The notes beneath the pieces are model-generated. The model was not told where the DNA came from. It did not search any database and saw nothing but the letters and a program-made list of their open reading frames with translations. A stretch of 64,000 nt of DNA from Clostridia bacterium (GTDB taxonomy: Bacteria; Bacillota; Clostridia; UBA1212; DUPL01): NCBI GenBank assembly GCA_050951325.1, contig JBMNIW010000004.1:96001-160000 (forward strand), in the 5' to 3' direction. The translations under genes and the position numbers were made by a program. Below, in pieces: positions 48,320 to 60,652 of this stretch (position 1 is the first letter of the stretch; each line of letters opens with the position of its first letter).

Positions 48320-51300
48320 TTATTCATCAAAATCATCGACATCAGGCATGCCCGAATCGTCTACGAGAACTTCCTCAAAAATATCCTCTTCGTCGGCAAT
48401 CTGCTTTGTGGGGATAGTATCCTCCACACCATCATCCAGTCTTTCCACCATAATCTCAATATCCTTGTATCTGCTCATGCCGGTTCCAGCAGGAATGAGT
48501 TTTCCGATGATTACGTTCTCCTTCAGACCAAGCAATGGATCCTTCTTCTGCTTGATGGCTGCTTCCGTAAGAACCCTTGTGGTCTCCTGGAAGGATGCTG
48601 CAGACAGGAATGAATCGGTGGCAAGGGATGCCTTTGTAATACCAAGCAGTACCCTCTTTCCTATTGCCGGGGTCTTGCCCAAAGATTCAGCTCTCCTGTT
48701 GACAGCCTCAAACTCGTGAATATTGACAATGCTGCCTGGGAGAAGCGGTGTATCTCCGGGTTCGTCAACCTTTACTTTCCTGAGCATCTGCCTTACGATA
48801 ACCTCGATATGTCTGTCGTTAATCTTAACGCCCTGCATGTTGTAAACTCTTTGTACTTCCTCAATAATATACTTCTGTACACCATATACACCCAGTATTC
48901 TAAGTATGTCATGAGGATTAATCGAACCTTCAACCAGAAAGTCGCCCTTATTGACATGGTCTCCTTCGCTGACCTTGAACTTTGTGCTGTCTATAAATGA
49001 CAAGGTCTTTGATTCGCCATCATCAGATGTAATGGTAAGGTCCACTTTCTTACCGTTGTTTGAGAAGGACACAATACCATCAAGCTCGGATATTGTAGCA
49101 AGTCCTTTTGGCTTTCTCGCCTCGAAAAGCTCCTCGACTCTTGGGAGACCCTGTGTGATGTCGTCCGCTGTAGCAACACCGCCGGTGTGGAAGGTACGCA
49201 TTGTAAGCTGTGTTCCGGGCTCTCCGATGGACTGGGCTGCAATAATTCCTATTGCATCGCCAATGTTGCAGGGTTCGTTTGTTGCCAGGTTTGAACCGTA
49301 GCACTTTGCACAGACTCCATGCTCGCAGTCGCAAACCAGTACGGAACGAATCTTGACTGTATCATGGCCCGCTTTTTCAATGGCACTTGCCTGTAAATCT
49401 GACAGCAAATCGCCCTTCTTAGCCAGCAGTTCGCCACTTTCAGGATGTACGATATCTTCTGCAATATATCTTCCGGTTATTCTTGCGCTCAATGGAACGA
49501 TTGGCTCTGCATCCGCATCGTCGGAACTCATAATTGGAGATATCTCAATATAATCCTCGGTGCCGCAGTCGTTCATACGAATAATAACTTCCTGACTTAC
49601 GTCAACAAGCCTTCTGGTCAGATAACCGGAGTCAGCGGTTCTCAAAGCGGTGTCGGAAAGCGTCTTTCTCGTACCGTGGCTGGAGATAAAGAACTCTAGC
49701 ACGTCAAGACCTTCTCTGAAGTTGGCCTTGATAGGTATCTCCAGGGTCTTACCTGATGTATCGGACATGAGACCTCTCATACCCGCCAGCTGTTTAATCT
49801 GGTTTATGTTACCTCTTGCACCGGAGTCGCTCATCATGTTGATTGGGTTCAACATGCCCATGCTTTCCTTGAGCACTTGAGTAAGGTTGTCGATGGTCTG
49901 GGTCCATACCTTGATAACGTTTGCGTATCTCTCATCCTCGGTAATGAGACCTCTTCTGTACTGCCTTACAATCTTGTCAACAACCGCATCCGCCTGTTTA
50001 ATAAGTTCATTCTTTTCAGGTGGAACAACGATATCCTCAATACTTACAGTTATGGCGCCTCTTGTTGAATACTCAAATCCCATTCTCTTGATTTCGTCAA
50101 GAACAATGGAAGTTCTTGTAGAGCCATGAACCTTTATGCACCTGTCAATAATGTCGCTCAAAGTGCCTTTCTTGACAAGCTCATCTATTTCCAGATTGCA
50201 TACATTTTCCCTCTTGGTTCTGTCAACAAAACCCAGGTCCTGTGGGATAGGCTCGTTGAAAAGGAGTCTTCCCATTGTAGTGTTGATTATCTTGGACACT
50301 CTTTCACCGTTAAAGTATGCAACTCTCCTTACCTTGATTGGTGTGTGTATCTTGATTCTGCCAAGATCGTATTCCATCTTTGCCTCTTCATAGTTTGCAT
50401 AAATAGGTGCGTTCTCCCAATTGGTATCAGGCTGGATTGTCATATAGTAGCATCCAAGAACCATGTCCTGGGTCGGTACCACGATAGGCTTTCCATCCTT
50501 TGGAGCCAGCAGGTTGTTTGTAGGCAGCATCAGAAAACGGGCTTCTGCCTGTGCTTCTGCTGACAGTGGAACGTGCACAGCCATCTGGTCACCGTCAAAG
50601 TCGGCGTTGTAAGCGGTACATACCAATGGATGCAACTGTATCGCCCTACCTTCAACCAGAACAGGCTCGAAGGCTTGGATACCCAGTCTGTGGAGGGTTG
50701 GAGCACGATTTAGCAGAACAGGATGATCCTTGATTATCTCTTCAAGGATATCCCATACCTGCAGGCTTGCCCTGTCAACCATCTTTCTTGCGCTCTTTAT
50801 GTTTGCTGCAAGATTCTTGGTCACAAGCTTGTGCATTACAAACGGCTTGAACAACTCAAGCGCCATTTCTTTAGGCAAACCGCACTGATATATTTTAAGC
50901 TCAGGACCAACAACGATAACGGACCTTCCTGAATAGTCAACACGCTTTCCAAGCAGGTTCTGACGGAATCTTCCCTGCTTTCCTCTTAGCATGTCGGACA
51001 AGGACTTGAGAGGCCTGTTTCCAGGACCTGTTACAGGTCTTCCCCTTCTTCCGTTGTCCATCAGTGCGTCCACAGCTTCCTGAAGCATCCTCTTTTCATT
51101 ACGTATAATTATCTCAGGTGCGTGAAGATCCTGAAGTCTTTTAAGTCTGTTGTTTCTGTTTATAACTCTTCTGTACAGGTCATTCAGATCCGATGTGGCA
51201 AATCTGCCACCGTCCAACTGAACCATCGGACGCAAATCGGGTGGAATGACTGGAATCACAGAAAGGATCATCCATTCAGGCTTGTTGTCGGACTGTCTGA

Positions 51301-51982
51301 AAGCCTCAACAACCTCAAGACGCTTAATAAGTCTCATCTTCTTCTGACTAATGGTCTGACCGCCTTTTTCCTTCTCCTGAATGGTAAGTCTCTCTATTCC
51401 ATCATTAAGCTCTTCTGCAAGCTCATCCAAATCTATCTGCTGAAGCAATTCCTTAATGGCTTCTGCGCCCATGCCCGCTCTGAAGGCATTCTCTCCAAAG
51501 CTTTCAACAGCTTCCTTGTAGTCCTTGTCGGAAAGAATCTGTTTTCTTTCAAGGGTAGTATTACCCTCATCAAGAACAACGTAAGATGCAAAATATAATA
51601 CCTTTTCAAGCTGGCGTGGTGCCATATCCAAAAGAAGTCCCATCCTGCTCGGAATTCCTCTGAAGAACCATATATGGGAAACAGGAGCGGCAAGCTCTAT
51701 GTGACCCATTCTTGTACGGCGCACCTTTGAAGAAGTAACCTCAACGCCGCACTTGTCACATACAACTCCCCTGTACCTGTTTTTCTTGTATTTACCACAG
51801 TGACATTCCCCATCCTTTGTAGGGCCAAATATTCTCTCGCAAAAGAGACCGTCCTTTTCAGGCTTCAGTGTTCTATAGTTTATGGTCTCCGGTTTCTTAA
51901 CTTCTCCATGAGACCAGGATAAAATTGTCTCGGGTGATGCCAGGCCAATTTGAATTGAATCAAAATAATTAAAATCTACCAT
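48320..51982 (-). CDS. rpoC: RNA polymerase beta-prime subunit
   Basis: [12 protein letters not shown] and zinc-binding motifs; start at MVDFNY. Confidence 0.99.
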   Translation of the reverse strand: MVDFNYFDSIQIGLASPETILSWSHGEVKKPETINYRTLKPEKDGLFCERIFGPTKDGECHCGKYKKNRYRGVVCDKCGVEVTSSKVRRTRMGHIELAAPVSHIWFFRGIPSRMGLLLDMAPRQLEKVLYFASYVVLDEGNTTLERKQILSDKDYKEAVESFGENAFRAGMGAEAIKELLQQIDLDELAEELNDGIERLTIQEKEKGGQTISQKKMRLIKRLEVVEAFRQSDNKPEWMILSVIPVIPPDLRPMVQLDGGRFATSDLNDLYRRVINRNNRLKRLQDLHAPEIIIRNEKRMLQEAVDALMDNGRRGRPVTGPGNRPLKSLSDMLRGKQGRFRQNLLGKRVDYSGRSVIVVGPELKIYQCGLPKEMALELFKPFVMHKLVTKNLAANIKSARKMVDRASLQVWDILEEIIKDHPVLLNRAPTLHRLGIQAFEPVLVEGRAIQLHPLVCTAYNADFDGDQMAVHVPLSAEAQAEARFLMLPTNNLLAPKDGKPIVVPTQDMVLGCYYMTIQPDTNWENAPIYANYEEAKMEYDLGRIKIHTPIKVRRVAYFNGERVSKIINTTMGRLLFNEPIPQDLGFVDRTKRENVCNLEIDELVKKGTLSDIIDRCIKVHGSTRTSIVLDEIKRMGFEYSTRGAITVSIEDIVVPPEKNELIKQADAVVDKIVRQYRRGLITEDERYANVIKVWTQTIDNLTQVLKESMGMLNPINMMSDSGARGNINQIKQLAGMRGLMSDTSGKTLEIPIKANFREGLDVLEFFISSHGTRKTLSDTALRTADSGYLTRRLVDVSQEVIIRMNDCGTEDYIEISPIMSSDDADAEPIVPLSARITGRYIAEDIVHPESGELLAKKGDLLSDLQASAIEKAGHDTVKIRSVLVCDCEHGVCAKCYGSNLATNEPCNIGDAIGIIAAQSIGEPGTQLTMRTFHTGGVATADDITQGLPRVEELFEARKPKGLATISELDGIVSFSNNGKKVDLTITSDDGESKTLSFIDSTKFKVSEGDHVNKGDFLVEGSINPHDILRILGVYGVQKYIIEEVQRVYNMQGVKINDRHIEVIVRQMLRKVKVDEPGDTPLLPGSIVNIHEFEAVNRRAESLGKTPAIGKRVLLGITKASLATDSFLSAASFQETTRVLTEAAIKQKKDPLLGLKENVIIGKLIPAGTGMSRYKDIEIMVERLDDGVEDTIPTKQIADEEDIFEEVLVDDSGMPDVDDFDE

Positions 51983-52001
51983 GTTCCGCCTCCCTTTACT
52001 A

Positions 52002-55000
52002 CTACTCCTCAACCTTTTCAGCATGCTTCAAATACGTTTCCTTAATAAGTTCCGCACTTAGATCGCCGCCATCTGCAAAGTCATCATCGCCAGACACATC
52101 ATATTCCAAATCCTTGGTCAACAAATCAGCATTGTCATCTTTCATTTCCACCAAATCAGGATTTTCCTCTTCCCTCTTGGGTCGGTACTTGTCCGGATTC
52201 TTGATATAGTCTTCCTCGGTTTCCTTAATCGGAATTTCTTCTCCTTCTTCAGTGAAGATCTTCACATCAAGGGCAAGGCTTTGCAGTTCCTTGACAAGAA
52301 CCTTGAACGACTCTGGTATTCCTGGTTCAGGAACATTTTCTCCCTTGACAATCGCTTCGTATGTTTTTACTCGTCCTACCGTATCGTCGGACTTGATTGT
52401 CAGAATCTCCTGCAATGTGTAAGCAGCTCCGTAAGCTTCGAGAGCCCAAACCTCCATCTCTCCGAAACGCTGGCCACCAAACTGGGCTTTTCCACCAAGA
52501 GGCTGCTGGGTTACAAGTGAGTATGGTCCGGTGCTTCTTGCGTGAATCTTGTCGTCGACCAGATGGAAGAGCTTCATGTAGTACATGTATCCGACTGTTA
52601 CGGAGTTGTCAAACTCTTCTCCCGTTCTGCCGTCTCTGAGTATGGTCTTTCCGTGCTCGGGGAGACCCGCCTTGCTCAGAGTATTCATGATGTCATCCTC
52701 GGTAGCACCGTCAAATACTGGAGATGCAACCTTCCAGCCCAGCGCTCTTGCTGCATATCCCAGGTGAACCTCCAGAACCTGACCCAGGTTCATTCGTGAA
52801 GGAACGCCCAGAGGATTCAATACAACATCCAATGGAGTGCCGTCCGGCAGGAATGGCATATCCTCTTCAGGAAGTATTCTGGATATAACGCCCTTGTTAC
52901 CGTGACGTCCCGCCATCTTGTCGCCAACTGAAAGCTTTCTCTTTTGTGCAACATATACTCTAACAAGCTTGTTTACGCCAGGTGCAAGATCATCGTCATG
53001 CTCCCTTGTGAACACCTTGACATCCACAACGATACCTGACTCTCCATGAGGCACTCTGAGGGAAGTGTCTCTTACATCCCTTGACTTCTCACCGAAGATT
53101 GCACGCAAGAGTCTTTCTTCAGCTGTAAGTTCGGTCTCCCCTTTTGGAGTAACCTTTCCTACTAGAATGTCTCCTGCCTGAACTTCAGCACCGATGTGAA
53201 TGATACCTTCATGGTTGAGATATCTCAAAGCGTCCTCGCCTACGTTGGGTATTTCGTTTGTGATCTCCTCAGGACCAAGCTTGGTATCCCTGGCTTCGCA
53301 TTCATACTCTTCTATGTGTATTGATGTGTATACGTCTTCTTTTACCAATCTCTCGCTTATAAGGACGGCGTCCTCATAATTGTAGCCTTCCCATGTCATA
53401 AACCCTATAAGCACGTTCTTTCCAAGGGCAATCTCGCCATTGTCGGTGGATGGACCGTCAGCAATTACTTCGTCCTTCTTAACCCTTTCGCCAATCCTTA
53501 CAACAGGCTTCTGATTTATGCAGGTTCCCTGGTTGGAACGCATGAACTTCAGCATATTGTATGTGTCAATCTTGCCATTGTCTCTTCTTATGGTTATATA
53601 GTTGCTGGTAACGTCAACAACCTCGCCGTCTGCCTTGGCAATGACAACGGCTCCGGAGTCCCTTGCAGCCTTGTATTCAATACCAGTAGCAACAATGGGT
53701 GCCTCACTGCGGAGAAGCGGCACTGCCTGCCTCTGCATGTTGGAGCCCATGAGTGCACGGGATGCGTCGTCGTTCTCAAGGAATGGAATCATTGCTGCTG
53801 CTACGGAAACAACCTGTTTTGGCGAAACGTCCATGTAGTCAACCTTGTCAGATTCAACCTCTATAAACTCATCCCTGAAACGGCAGACAACCTTCTTGTT
53901 TACGAATCTGCCTTCTTCGTCCAGAGGTTCGTTTGCTTGTGCAATTACATAGTTGTCCTCTTCGTCAGCCATCAGGTAATGTATCTCGTCTGTTACCTTG
54001 CCTGTTTCCTTGTTAAATTTACGATAAGGGGCCTCAATAAATCCGTACTCGTTGATTCTCGCGTATGTACTCAGCGAGCCAATAAGACCGATGTTTGGAC
54101 CTTCAGGTGTCTCAATTGGACACATCCTGCCATAGTGCGAGTAGTGGACGTCACGAACCTCAAAGGTTGCCCTGTCCCTATTCAAACCACCAGGTCCCAA
54201 TGCACTGAGTCTTCTTTTGTTCGCAAGTTCAGCAAGCGGGTTTGTCTGATCCATGAACTGTGACAGCTGGCTGGAGCCAAAGAACTCCTTGATAGCTGCA
54301 GTTACAGGTCTTGTGTTGATGAGAGCCTGTGGAGTAACGGCATCCATGTCCTGCATTGCCATACGCTCCTTTACAACACGTTCCATTCTGGACAAACCAA
54401 TTCTAAACTGGTTCTGTAAAAGCTCTCCTACCGCCCTTACTCTTCTGTTGCCTAAATGATCTATGTCATCTATTTGTCCCAAATCATACTGCAAGCACAG
54501 CATGTAGTTAATTGTGGCTACTATGTCTTCTCTTGTAATATGTTTTGGAATCAGCTCGTTAATTCGTGTTTCAAGTTGAACCTTGAGCTCATTCTCATCG
54601 TCGGTTGATTCAAGTATTTCCATAAGCACGTCAAAATAGACATGCTCGTTTATTCCCACTTCAGCAGGATCAAAATCGAGATATGCCTTTGCATCAACCA
54701 TCTTGTTGCCGATGATCTTTACAGGTCTGTATGGAGTCATTACATTAACTTCATTAAGACCACTGTTTTGTATATCCCAAGCTGTTTTTTCGTCAATCAG
54801 CTTGCCAGCCTCAACAAGAATCTCTCCTGTTTGAGGATCTACAATATCACCTGCCGCTGCCTTTCCAGTTATTCTTGCAGCAAGTGAAAGCTTTTTGTTA
54901 ACTTTGTATCTTCCAACCCTTGCAAGGTCATATCTTCTTGGATCGAAAAACATGCTTTCAAGCAGTGTCCTTGCATTGTCAACCAGAGCGGGCTCGCCTG

Positions 55001-55814
55001 GACGGAGTCTCTTGTATATCTCAATAAGGGCTCTGTCTTCTCCATTGTCCTCCGCAGAATCCTTGTCAAGAGTATTCATTACACGCTCGTCTTTAATCCA
55101 GCCGTCATCGGAATCGTCAAAGCCGTCAGCTGTTGCTTCTTCCTTGTTAACGGACAAAAGCTCTATGATCTGGTCATTGGTTCCGTAACCAATAGCCCTC
55201 AAGAGCTGGGTTGCAGGCATTTTTCTATTCCTGTCAATCCTAACGTATATGACATCGCTATGATCAATTTCGAACTCAAGCCATGCTCCTCTGTTTGGTA
55301 TGAGGGTTGATGTTGTGATGTACTTACCCTTGGTCTTGTCGTATGTTCTGTCAAAATACACGCCTGGAGACCTTACCAGCTGGCTAACTATTACCCTTTC
55401 GGCGCCATTCATAATAAATGTACCGTTTTCCGTCATCAGCGGAAACTCACCAAAGTATATAGTGTCGGTTTCTTTTACAATACCTGTCAGTTTGTTCAGA
55501 ATACGGGCTTTTACCCTGAGAGGAGCCGCATAAGTTGCGTCTCTTTCCTTGCACTCCTCTATTGTATAAGGAGCCTTGTCTTCCTCTATAACGTAATCGA
55601 CAAATTCGAGCACCAAATTACCGGAATAGTCCGTTATAGGTGATATGTCTCTAAAAACTTCTTTAAGTCCAACATCCTTAAAATGCTGATATGAATCTTT
55701 CTGAACAGCTATAAGGTTGGGCATCTCAAGAATTTCGTTAATCTTGGAATAACTCTTTCTTGTAGTTCGGCCGTACTGTACATCCTTAACATTAACATCA
55801 ACATCTTGCACCAT
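52002..55814 (-). CDS. rpoB: RNA polymerase beta subunit
   Basis: [34 protein letters not shown]. Confidence 0.99.
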   Translation of the reverse strand: MVQDVDVNVKDVQYGRTTRKSYSKINEILEMPNLIAVQKDSYQHFKDVGLKEVFRDISPITDYSGNLVLEFVDYVIEEDKAPYTIEECKERDATYAAPLRVKARILNKLTGIVKETDTIYFGEFPLMTENGTFIMNGAERVIVSQLVRSPGVYFDRTYDKTKGKYITTSTLIPNRGAWLEFEIDHSDVIYVRIDRNRKMPATQLLRAIGYGTNDQIIELLSVNKEEATADGFDDSDDGWIKDERVMNTLDKDSAEDNGEDRALIEIYKRLRPGEPALVDNARTLLESMFFDPRRYDLARVGRYKVNKKLSLAARITGKAAAGDIVDPQTGEILVEAGKLIDEKTAWDIQNSGLNEVNVMTPYRPVKIIGNKMVDAKAYLDFDPAEVGINEHVYFDVLMEILESTDDENELKVQLETRINELIPKHITREDIVATINYMLCLQYDLGQIDDIDHLGNRRVRAVGELLQNQFRIGLSRMERVVKERMAMQDMDAVTPQALINTRPVTAAIKEFFGSSQLSQFMDQTNPLAELANKRRLSALGPGGLNRDRATFEVRDVHYSHYGRMCPIETPEGPNIGLIGSLSTYARINEYGFIEAPYRKFNKETGKVTDEIHYLMADEEDNYVIAQANEPLDEEGRFVNKKVVCRFRDEFIEVESDKVDYMDVSPKQVVSVAAAMIPFLENDDASRALMGSNMQRQAVPLLRSEAPIVATGIEYKAARDSGAVVIAKADGEVVDVTSNYITIRRDNGKIDTYNMLKFMRSNQGTCINQKPVVRIGERVKKDEVIADGPSTDNGEIALGKNVLIGFMTWEGYNYEDAVLISERLVKEDVYTSIHIEEYECEARDTKLGPEEITNEIPNVGEDALRYLNHEGIIHIGAEVQAGDILVGKVTPKGETELTAEERLLRAIFGEKSRDVRDTSLRVPHGESGIVVDVKVFTREHDDDLAPGVNKLVRVYVAQKRKLSVGDKMAGRHGNKGVISRILPEEDMPFLPDGTPLDVVLNPLGVPSRMNLGQVLEVHLGYAARALGWKVASPVFDGATEDDIMNTLSKAGLPEHGKTILRDGRTGEEFDNSVTVGYMYYMKLFHLVDDKIHARSTGPYSLVTQQPLGGKAQFGGQRFGEMEVWALEAYGAAYTLQEILTIKSDDTVGRVKTYEAIVKGENVPEPGIPESFKVLVKELQSLALDVKIFTEEGEEIPIKETEEDYIKNPDKYRPKREEENPDLVEMKDDNADLLTKDLEYDVSGDDDFADGGDLSAELIKETYLKHAEKVEE

Positions 55815-56112
55815 ACTGATTGTTCACCCCAAATTCAATTTTTTGCTACCATACCTTATTATTCCACATTATTCCTTGTGTTAAACAAGCTATTTGGTTG
55901 ATGTTCATACAAAAATATGTCAGAACAAATATTTTTTATTGCCATCTATATTTTTGTGTGCTATAATATCCTTGTAACTTCACCATATTTAACTTAAAAA
56001 CATAATAAAGCCTAAAAAGAGATTGCAGCGCAGTTTATTATTCTATCACTTAAATAATAACAAAGTCAACAGGTAATAATTAAAAACCTGCTGATTAATT
56101 GTTAACATTCTA

Positions 56113-56334
56113 TTAACTCTTTTCATCTGGGAACCGTTTATTAGCTTGTTTTACTGCAATGATAGTTGCTATGATAAAACTAGCTATGCTGGACAAAATA
56201 AATGCCAATGTCCAGTTGAAGCCTTTGCCATCTCCATTATCCTCTGGTTCAGGTGAAGTATCGGCATTTGCCGCCACTGGCATCATATTAACGAATAAAA
56301 AAAGAACCAACAATATTGAAACTGTTTTAGACAT
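56113..56334 (-). CDS. Small protein with signal peptide and C-terminal TM
   Basis: 73 aa: AxA signal-peptidase site, ~15-aa acidic linker, TM helix, basic tail; GGGGG RBS. Confidence 0.6.
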   Translation of the reverse strand: MSKTVSILLVLFLFVNMMPVAANADTSPEPEDNGDGKGFNWTLAFILSSIASFIIATIIAVKQANKRFPDEKS

Positions 56335-56374
56335 ATAGCCCCCGATATTATAATATTGGATACTAACCTATAAT

Positions 56375-56579
56375 ATCACAATTAAAAAAAATATACAACA
56401 TAAATTTTTCTATAAAAAAAAGAGGTGGATTTCCACCTCAATTCGATAGTTTGACACTTGCTCACATATCCGATTTTCAGAAAAGCTCATATTATGACAA
56501 TGTCATTAACTTAAGAGATCGCAATACATGTTTTGTTGCGATCTCTTAGTTTATTTCAAATCTTAAATTAACTGGCACG
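56375..56579 (+). repeat. Left copy of the 205-bp direct repeat (long TSD of the IS1634-family element)
   Basis: Identical to 58616..58821 apart from one extra G at 58626. Confidence 0.93.
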
Positions 56580-56678
56580 CCCTAGTTTAACAGTTAATCT
56601 TTCAATTTAAATTGCATAAATGCCCTAAATAACGCCAATTTGGCGCTTTTTTTATGTCAAATAATTTACATTTTTATG

Positions 56679-56707
56679 TTGACAATAGTTGACAATTATG
56701 ATATAAT
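56679..56707 (+). promoter_or_regulatory. Consensus sigmaA promoter of the IS1634 transposase
   Basis: TTGACA-17nt-TATAAT with TG extension. Confidence 0.8.
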
Positions 56708-56738
56708 GTAACCGACTATTTCTTGGAGGTGCTGTTGG

Positions 56739-58512
56739 ATGTTTCTGAGAATAACCAAGCAGAAGAACGGCAGGATTAATCTATGTTTCGCTGAAGGATA
56801 TCGTGACCCTGTCACAAAAAAAGTTAAACATAGGATTATCGAGAATCTGGGCTATTTGGATGAATATATTGATCGTTACGAGGATCCAATAGCGCATTTT
56901 AAAGAGATTGCACGCATTCGCACCCAGGAACTTAACGAGGAAAAAAGGAAAAAGGAAATATTTCTGGGTACTATTTCTGAAGGCGAGACCATGGAAGTGA
57001 ACGAAGATTCCTTGCAGCACATGGGATTCCTTCCTCTAAGCTCAATTTACCATCAGTTAAAAATCGACAAATTCATTATCAATCGTCAACGAAGCCTGTC
57101 CATGGATTATTCGCTAAACGATGTTATGCAATTGTTGGTGTATACAAGGATTCTATCTCCAGGATCCAAGATAGACAGTTACAGACAAAAAGAACGTATG
57201 GCTAAAGATTTCAAATGTGATTGGTATGATGTTTATCGTGCATTGGACTATTTTGCATCTTTTCGAGATGACCTTCTCCTCCATCTTCACGAGCAGGTCA
57301 GAATCAACTATCAACGTAAAACTGATGTTGTTTTTTACGATGTCACAAACTTTTACTTTGAGATTGACAAAGAGGATGAATTTCGTCGCAAGGGTTATTG
57401 CAAGCACAATACACGAAATCCGCTAGTGCAAATGGGACTGCTTCTTGATTCTGATGCTATTCCAATAGCGTATCAGTTATTTAAAGGGAACACCCATGAC
57501 AGTCAGACAATGATGCCGCTGTTGCATAAAATACGTGCCAGTTATGGACTGGGTAGAATAATTACCGTAGCAGACAAAGGATTGAATAGCGGAGACAACA
57601 TCGCATTTCTCATGGCCAAAGGAGATGGATTCATATTCTCTCAGAAAATACGGGGAGCTTCCAAAGATCTGCAAGACTATGTTTTTGATCAGTCAGGATA
57701 TGTAGATGTGCACGGGATAGTAAAACATGCTGATGCATGGAACGAAAGGAATGGCAACCAAGACAGCGGATTGTTCCGCATGAAATCACGACTATATCCA
57801 CAGGAATTCTGGGTAACTCATGCAGATGATGTCAAACGCAAAATACCGTTGGATGTAAAACAGATTGTATGTTACAACGAGCTTTATGCAAGACGCCAGA
57901 AGCACAAGAGGGCTGAACTTATTGCCAAGGCCAAAAGAATCATAGAAAATCCCAAACGCTATGATAAGAGTGAGGCAGGTGGGGCATTACGATATGTAAA
58001 AAACATTGAATATGACCCGGAAACTGGTGAGTACATTAAAACCAGGCGTTTACCCAGCCTGGATGAAGACAGGATTGCGGAAGACGAAAAGTATGATGGC
58101 TACTATGCAATCATTACAAGCGAACTGGATATGCCAGACCATGATGTCGTCAAAGCATATCACGGTCTTTGGGAGATAGAACATAGTTTCAGGATTACTA
58201 AAAGCGATATTGAAGCCAGACCTGTTAATGTTACACTCGAGCAAAGGATAGATGCCCACTTTCTTACATGTTTTATAGCATTGCTAGTCTTAAGGCTTTT
58301 GTGTAAACGACTGGACGGAAAGTATGCCCCTGAACAGGTACTCAAATCTTTGAGAAATTATCAGGTTTGTTGGATTAAGGACAATGTATACAAGGCAACC
58401 TACTATGACCGAAATACTAAAAGATTTGGGTGAGGATTTGAATTTGAGACTGGATAGACGCTTCCTAAAAGCAGGCGACATCAGGCAACTGATTGCAGAT
58501 ACCAAAAAGTGA
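56739..58512 (+). pseudogene. IS1634-family DDE transposase with an apparent +1 frameshift near 58410
   Basis: FYDVTNFYFE, VADKG, YHGLWEIEHSFR. Removing one C at 58410 extends the frame YYD-EILKDLGEDL...DTKK to a stop at 58512. Confidence 0.8.
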
Positions 58513-58615
58513 CCATAAATACACAACATTTTTCTGAAATAAATAAAACCTCACAAACCCACTAATTACAAGGGTTTATGGAGGTTTTTTCTAAATTCTA
58601 ACTGTTAAACTCAAG

Positions 58616-58821
58616 ATCACAATTAGAAAAAAATATACAACATAAATTTTTCTATAAAAAAAAGAGGTGGATTTCCACCTCAATTCGATAGTTTGACACT
58701 TGCTCACATATCCGATTTTCAGAAAAGCTCATATTATGACAATGTCATTAACTTAAGAGATCGCAATACATGTTTTGTTGCGATCTCTTAGTTTATTTCA
58801 AATCTTAAATTAACTGGCACG
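58616..58821 (+). repeat. Right copy of the long direct repeat
   Basis: Matches 56375..56579. Confidence 0.93.
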
Positions 58822-60448
58822 GTATTTTATTGATCCTTCTAATACACTTTATCTTTGTCTTGTTACAGATTTAAAAAATGACATAAAAAAGTTAAGTTAT
58901 AGTTTATAACAATAACTCTTGCTATGTAAATATTAGGAATATGGAAAACTAGGAGTTTCTTTTAATATTATTAAAGAACCTCTTGCTTTTTGCATTTTTG
59001 TGTCTGTTGAAAGAACGCCCTTTTCTTACAGGTATAAGTTCTGATTGTATTTCTTTTATGACTTTCTCGAATAAGATTCTGCGTTCAACATCACTATCAG
59101 TTGCTACAAATCCTATTAGTTCATCCCTCATTACTCCGATTGCGAAGTTTTTATTTATAGTCATAACATGTTTGTATTTGTTAAGTTTTCCCTCACGCTT
59201 TAACGATTCTTCGGCATCTCGAATAACATCTTGGATAATGTTACACAGATATACTGTCGCATATATATCTTGTTCTATAAGTAACGGTTTTGTTCCTGTA
59301 AAATTTTCGATTTCTAATTTGTTTTTTAAGGTATCATATACTGTTTCTATTGCCCATCGCATAAAATACAAGTCCGAAATTTCTTTGGTATTGAACTCTT
59401 CTTGGCTTAAATTAGTAGCAAGATACTCAGTTTCACCGGAAGATAAATGCACGCGTACAAATCTTACAAACATAGAACCAACAGTACGTAGTTTCTCTGC
59501 AAACTTTGTATTTCGATAAGGGTTAATACGGGTCTGATCAAATTTTATCTCAATAATTTCATCATCGGAAGTCATAGACGATTGCTCTCTTTTGAACTGC
59601 GAAGAGCTTAACCTCATGAGAAATTTTTGTCCCTTCTCGAATCGATTAAGCATATTTTCAATTGAAGGATAACCTCTATCAAACAAAACGATAAAGGCTT
59701 TGTCTTCAATAATTTCAGCAATGTTATCAATATTCTTCTCGGCAGCAGCACGTTCGTCAAAATTATTCCTGTTAATAGATATATCTAAAATAAATTCATT
59801 ACACACATCGTATATACAAGAAAGACCAATCTGTGCAGTAGGCTTTGCAGATGGCACCGAGGAGTTACCATATAATTCTAGAGTTTCTTTATTTGTGGGT
59901 ATAGTAATATTACTACCGTCAACAGCGAGAACTAAATAATTCTTAATTGTTCTTGCTGTCTCTTCGTTGTAGAAATTCTTTAAATGAAAGCTATTCAAAG
60001 CGAGAAAAGCTTTGGGATCAAGCTTTAAACGTTGTTTTAAATACGCTACTTTTGATACAGTTTTGTCATCTTGTTTCATCTTTAAATATCTCCTGATTTC
60101 AAGTTTCAATGAAAAACCAACTCGAGTAATGGTAGATAGAATGATATCAAACATAGTTAACTTCCTTTTTCTTGTGAAGTCAGTGCTTTTTTGCCTATAT
60201 GTTTTTTTGAACTCTTCTTTCTGCGCATACTCCAGGTCTTTTTCTAATCTAATCTTAGATAATAATTTTAACATCTTATACTCCCCATTTCTAGCAAAAT
60301 CGAGAGTATTAAATAATATTTAAAATTTAACAACTCTGTATTATTTTATCATATTTGTTTTAAAATGTAAAACTGAAAATGTGATAAAAAGACCCTAACC
60401 GAATAAGTTAGGGTTCTTTAAAACGAGTTTCTTAAGTTAATGACATTG
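58740..60448 (-). mobile_element. IS4-family insertion sequence with 10-bp TSD
   Basis: TIR CAATGTCATTAACTTAAGA at both ends; TSD CATATTATGA at 58730..58739 and 60449..60458. Confidence 0.92.
58949..60274 (-). CDS. IS4-family DDE transposase
   Basis: LAVDGS, FDRGYPS and YFMRWAIETVYDTLK (YREK motif). Confidence 0.93.
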   Translation of the reverse strand: MLKLLSKIRLEKDLEYAQKEEFKKTYRQKSTDFTRKRKLTMFDIILSTITRVGFSLKLEIRRYLKMKQDDKTVSKVAYLKQRLKLDPKAFLALNSFHLKNFYNEETARTIKNYLVLAVDGSNITIPTNKETLELYGNSSVPSAKPTAQIGLSCIYDVCNEFILDISINRNNFDERAAAEKNIDNIAEIIEDKAFIVLFDRGYPSIENMLNRFEKGQKFLMRLSSSQFKREQSSMTSDDEIIEIKFDQTRINPYRNTKFAEKLRTVGSMFVRFVRVHLSSGETEYLATNLSQEEFNTKEISDLYFMRWAIETVYDTLKNKLEIENFTGTKPLLIEQDIYATVYLCNIIQDVIRDAEESLKREGKLNKYKHVMTINKNFAIGVMRDELIGFVATDSDVERRILFEKVIKEIQSELIPVRKGRSFNRHKNAKSKRFFNNIKRNS

Positions 60449-60652
60449 CATATTATGAGCTTTTCTGAAAATCGGATATGTGAGCAAGTGTCAAACTATC
60501 GAGTTATATTTTTTAGTTTACAATCTTTTTATACGTTAATGTTATGATTATTCACAAGAATTCATAGAAAATCTGTCTTAAGTATATTGACATTCATTGG
60601 TGTAGTGTGATAAATATATGTGTGAAAAAGTAATTAAATTTATCGAGGAGGT

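Larger units (their letters stand above)
56580..58615 (+). mobile_element. IS1634-family insertion sequence
   Basis: Imperfect TIRs CCCTAGTTTAACAGTTA and CTTGAGTTTAACAGTTA (reverse complement), DDE transposase, long flanking direct repeat. Confidence 0.9.
58685..60502. repeat. Perfect 49-bp inverted repeat arms (58685..58733 and 60454..60502) flanking the IS4 element
   Basis: TCGATAGTTTGACACTTGCTCACATATCCGATTTTCAGAAAAGCTCATA and its exact reverse complement. Confidence 0.93.

Noticed and set aside
58685-60502. Reading the 49-bp arms as extended IS4 terminal inverted repeats
   Set aside because: A direct 10-bp TSD lies between arm and TIR, the junctions are not inverted copies, and no TSD exists outside the arms.
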